From positions 192,001 through 256,000 of the forward strand of contig CAWGBN010000009.1 of assembly GCA_963820825.1 (NCBI GenBank): 64,000 nucleotides of DNA. The letters run 5' to 3'. The position numbers and the translations under genes are program-made. Source of the stretch: Vulcanimicrobiota bacterium (GTDB lineage Bacteria; Vulcanimicrobiota; Vulcanimicrobiia; Vulcanimicrobiales; Vulcanimicrobiaceae). How positions within the stretch are numbered: position 1 is the first letter of the stretch; every line of letters begins with the position of its first letter. Below are positions 60,749-64,000 of the stretch, piece by piece. Under the pieces are notes generated by a model. That model saw nothing but the letters and a program-made list of their open reading frames with translations. It searched no databases and was not told the DNA's origin.

Positions 60749-62142
60749 TCCAGCTCGCCCTTCGTCGCCGCCTCCGGCGGCCAGACGGCGCGCAGCACCG
60801 CTTTGAAGCGCGCGCGCTTGGCGATCGGCTCGAACAACGGCAGGGTACGCAGCATCAACAATGCGGGCTCGCGATGTTTCAATCCGCGCTCGAGATGTTC
60901 GAGCGCCTCTTCGAGCCGGCCCAAGCCGACCGCGACCGTCGCGAGGTTGAAACCGACGACGTACTCGGTCCGCGCCAACTCCAGAAGCGTTTGATAGATC
61001 GCTGCCGCGCGATCCGTGTCGCCGCAATCGGCGTACGCGCGGGCGAGCAGCGGCAACCGTATCGCGATGTCCTCGGCGCGATCGTGCGGGAGCAGCAGCA
61101 GATCGGCAAGCGCCTCGGCCGGCTGCCCGTTCAGAATGAAAGCCTGCGCGCGGTGACGCCGCGCGATAAAGAAATCGGGACCCGTCTCGATGAGGTTCGA
61201 AAACGCGTCGATCGCGCGCTGATACGCTCCGGCATGCAAAAAGAGCCGCGCCAAAAAGAGCTGCGGTACCGGCGACGACGGGTCGACCTGCAAGGCACGC
61301 TGCATCTGGCGCAGCGGATGGTCGCCCGAGCCCTTGCACATGTAGAACCACGCCGCGTCGATGTAAACCGAGGCCGATTTCGGGTTCGAGCGAATCGCCG
61401 TTTCGATCTCGCGCTCGGCCTCGGCCCAGTTCCAGTCGCATAAGAGAAGGATGCCTAGCGTCGCGCGCGCTTCCGGTGACGACGGATCGATCTCGAGCGC
61501 GCGGACGATCGCGGCCTTCGCCCTGGGAAACGTGAAGGAGCTGGGAGCGTACCAGTATCCGGCCATCAGCGCGTGCGCGCGAGCCAATCCAATCAGCGCC
61601 GGAACGTAGGAGCTCTCGACGCGCAGGGCCGCTTGGAACTGTTCGGCGGCAGCGGCGAGTGCGCTCGCGGTTCGTTTTTCGAGCAGGTAAGCACCGCGGC
61701 AATAATGATGGAGCGCTTCGGGCGCGCCGTCGAGGAGTACGTCGGCGATACCCTCCGCCGGAACCGTCAGCTCGGCAACCTGCGCCGGCGCCACCACGCT
61801 GACCGGAGCGACGAATCGGTATCCCTTCCCGCGCACGGTCATGACGTAGGCGCGATCCCGCGCCCGTTCGTCGAGGAGCTGGCGCAGCATGTACATATGC
61901 TGCGAGAGATTACCGTCGCTCACCGCGCTCTCGGGCCAGACCCGCGACGCGATCGTCTCTTTGTCGATGACGTCGCCGTTGGCATGAATCAACAGGCCGA
62001 GGAGTCGCGCCAAACGCTCCGGCAACGGCACGACCGAGGCACCGTGCGAGAGCAGACCGCGCGCGGGATCGAAGCGAAACGAGCCAAATGCATAGACCGG
62101 CGCCCGCGCGACGTACGGCTGCATCTCCGGTTGCCAGTTCAT
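60724..62142 (-). CDS. OmpR/CadC-type winged-helix + TPR transcriptional regulator
   Basis: YAFGSFRFD…VWPESAVSDGNLSQHMYMLR…TVRGKGYRF followed by TPRs. Confidence 0.88.
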   Translation of the reverse strand: MNWQPEMQPYVARAPVYAFGSFRFDPARGLLSHGASVVPLPERLARLLGLLIHANGDVIDKETIASRVWPESAVSDGNLSQHMYMLRQLLDERARDRAYVMTVRGKGYRFVAPVSVVAPAQVAELTVPAEGIADVLLDGAPEALHHYCRGAYLLEKRTASALAAAAEQFQAALRVESSYVPALIGLARAHALMAGYWYAPSSFTFPRAKAAIVRALEIDPSSPEARATLGILLLCDWNWAEAEREIETAIRSNPKSASVYIDAAWFYMCKGSGDHPLRQMQRALQVDPSSPVPQLFLARLFLHAGAYQRAIDAFSNLIETGPDFFIARRHRAQAFILNGQPAEALADLLLLPHDRAEDIAIRLPLLARAYADCGDTDRAAAIYQTLLELARTEYVVGFNLATVAVGLGRLEEALEHLERGLKHREPALLMLRTLPLFEPIAKRARFKAVLRAVWPPEAATKGELDYSRVATG

Positions 62143-62353
62143 TAACTTTCAAATGTTTATCAACGCTCGATTGTGACGCGCAACCAGCACGTTGCGCGCA
62201 AGCGTGAACGTTCTTGATGCGAAAGTCGCGCGAACGGCGTCTCTTTCAACACATATCAAAAGGTCGCACTCGCGACGTTTCGTGAAGCCGAGACGAACGC
62301 GCCGATAAAGGCGCTACAACTCGGATTACATCGAGAGGAAAATAACTCAATCA

Positions 62354-64000
62354 ATGAGAGTGCAACGAACGATCCGTTGCGCGACCGCAGCCGTTATGCT
62401 ACTAGGCATCTTCCTCTGCCAGGAAACTTGGGCACTGGCGGGAGTCACCGGTAACATCGCAGGCACCGTTCGCGACAACACCGGAGCCCCCGTTGCCGGC
62501 GCAAGCGTACAAGCAACCTCCGTCTCGCAGGTCGCCAAGACGACGACCGACGCGCACGGACACTTCGTATTGCTCGCACTCGTACCGGATACGTACACGA
62601 TCACCGTCGCCAAAGAAGGCTATCAGCCGACCTCGTTTCCGGGCAACTCGGTCTTTGCCGATCAGACCCAGCAGGTCGTCTTTACACTTGCGAAGACGCT
62701 CAAGACGATCGTGCGCGTCACCTCGCAGGCCGGCGCGTCGCTCGTAAAGTCCGGCGTCGGCGGCGACATCTACAGCGTCAATGCCGCGCAAGCGGCCGCA
62801 GCCGCGACGCTGGGCGGCGGCGGAAGCCTGCAAAGCGCCTATTCCGCAATGGCCTCGGTACCCGGCGTTCTCGTCGGTATCGGCCAGATGGGCTGGATGC
62901 AGCCGACCTTCATTCGCGGACAGAACACGTACTACACGGGCTTCGAGTACGACGGCATTCCCGTCAACCGGGCCTTCGACAATTACAACACCTCGACCGA
63001 ATCGAGTCTTGGCTTGCAAGAGCTGCAAGTCTACACCGGCGGCGGTCCCGCGTCGATCTCGACGTCGGGCACCTCGGGTTTCATCAATCAAGTGATCAAG
63101 ACCGGAACCTATCCGGGCTACGGAAGCTTTAGCGGAACGATCGGCACGCCGACCTTCTACCATCAAGCCGAAGTCGAAGCCGGCGGCTCGACGCCCGACC
63201 GGAACTTTTCCTATTACGTCGCGCTCTCCGGCTACAATCAAGCGTTCCGCTTTCTCGACAACCAGAACGGAACGAGCCTCGCCTCGATGCCCGGACCGGA
63301 GGCGCTCTACGCCGGCGGCGGCCCGATCAGCCAGGGCGTCACCGCGCTCTGCAACGACGTGACGGGTGCACCGCCCGCGGTCTATAGCCAAATGCCGTGG
63401 GGCAACGGCGGGTGCTTCATCGGCCTCAGCGGTATCGCCGCGGTCGTGAACCTCATCACCGACCGCGAAAACATCATCAACCTGCACTTCGGCATCCCGC
63501 AGAAGAACGGGCTGCGCGACGACATTCAGGCGCTCTGGAGCGCCTCCGCGCTCAATACCTACAACTACGACACGCCGTCGCAGCTCGGCGTCTATCCCTA
63601 CACCTTGATCAACACGGGGTTGCCGTATTGCACGAACCAGGCCGGATGCACCGGCGGCGTCTACGGCAGCGGAAAGTATCCGTATAATCCCGGCGTGCCG
63701 TGGCTCGACAGCATCGTCTACAACAAGCCGTTCGGCACGTCGATCGCATCGAGTCCGACGAGCATTACCCCACCGAACAACTACTACTTTCCGTCGAGCC
63801 CGTCGAATCGGGCCCTCTTCGCGCCGGCTCCGCTCAATGCGGGAACGACGCTCAACAACGATACCGGCATCGAAAAGCTCCAGTACACGCATGCGTTGAG
63901 CAGCAGCGCCTATCTACGGGTCTTCGGCTATTCGTTCTACTCGGATTGGCTGATCAACTCGCCCGAAGCACTCGCCTTGGCACAAGGCGCATACGACTAC
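62354..64000 (+). CDS. TonB-dependent receptor with N-terminal carboxypeptidase-regulatory-like domain (runs off window)
   Basis: Hand translation MRVQRTIR…LCQETWALAGVTGNIAGTVRD…PDTYTITVAKEGY…FIRG…YDGIPVNR…LQELQVYTGG. Confidence 0.85.
   Translation, partial: MRVQRTIRCATAAVMLLGIFLCQETWALAGVTGNIAGTVRDNTGAPVAGASVQATSVSQVAKTTTDAHGHFVLLALVPDTYTITVAKEGYQPTSFPGNSVFADQTQQVVFTLAKTLKTIVRVTSQAGASLVKSGVGGDIYSVNAAQAAAAATLGGGGSLQSAYSAMASVPGVLVGIGQMGWMQPTFIRGQNTYYTGFEYDGIPVNRAFDNYNTSTESSLGLQELQVYTGGGPASISTSGTSGFINQVIKTGTYPGYGSFSGTIGTPTFYHQAEVEAGGSTPDRNFSYYVALSGYNQAFRFLDNQNGTSLASMPGPEALYAGGGPISQGVTALCNDVTGAPPAVYSQMPWGNGGCFIGLSGIAAVVNLITDRENIINLHFGIPQKNGLRDDIQALWSASALNTYNYDTPSQLGVYPYTLINTGLPYCTNQAGCTGGVYGSGKYPYNPGVPWLDSIVYNKPFGTSIASSPTSITPPNNYYFPSSPSNRALFAPAPLNAGTTLNNDTGIEKLQYTHALSSSAYLRVFGYSFYSDWLINSPEALALAQGAYDY

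Noticed and set aside
62270..62340. Known riboswitch upstream of the second TonB receptor
   Set aside because: Hairpins are present, but I recognise no cobalamin, TPP, SAM or c-di-GMP consensus.

Overview
GC-rich bacterial chromosomal window, almost fully coding. I found no rRNA, tRNA, CRISPR array or mobile element. The style of the TonB-receptor signal peptide (…QETWALAGVTG…) and the BTAD/TPR regulators suggest Eremiobacterota (WPS-2/Vulcanimicrobiota); this is inference. Main blocks: (1) a 14-gene nuoA-N complex I operon (minus strand, 1-12922, nuoN truncated) with a perfect Rex operator just upstream of nuoA and a small extra ORF between nuoD and nuoE; (2) a SARP/BTAD-ATPase-TPR regulator followed by a candidate small RNA; (3) a B12 salvage block (cobU, btuF, cobalamin riboswitch, btuB/C/D) plus cysK-asparaginase-metH; (4) an aromatic-CoA catabolic block with a short BoxB/PaaA-like di-iron epoxidase, a single-domain crotonase, PaaX, aldehyde dehydrogenase, thiolase and 3-hydroxyacyl-CoA dehydrogenase; (5) a 108-aa, 53% K/R repetitive histone/protamine-like protein; (6) an interrupted ABC-2 exporter locus, peptidases, and a wHTH-TPR regulator divergent from a TonB-dependent receptor. 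Two window-wide patterns stand out: a dispersed REP-like repeat (CCCTTCGAC…GCTCAGG) that mostly lies inside coding sequences, and a recurrent sigma-H-like motif about 10 nt upstream of start codons, most of which lack an SD. Many single-base frameshifts, including in nuoB and nuoD, are most simply long-read assembly indels.
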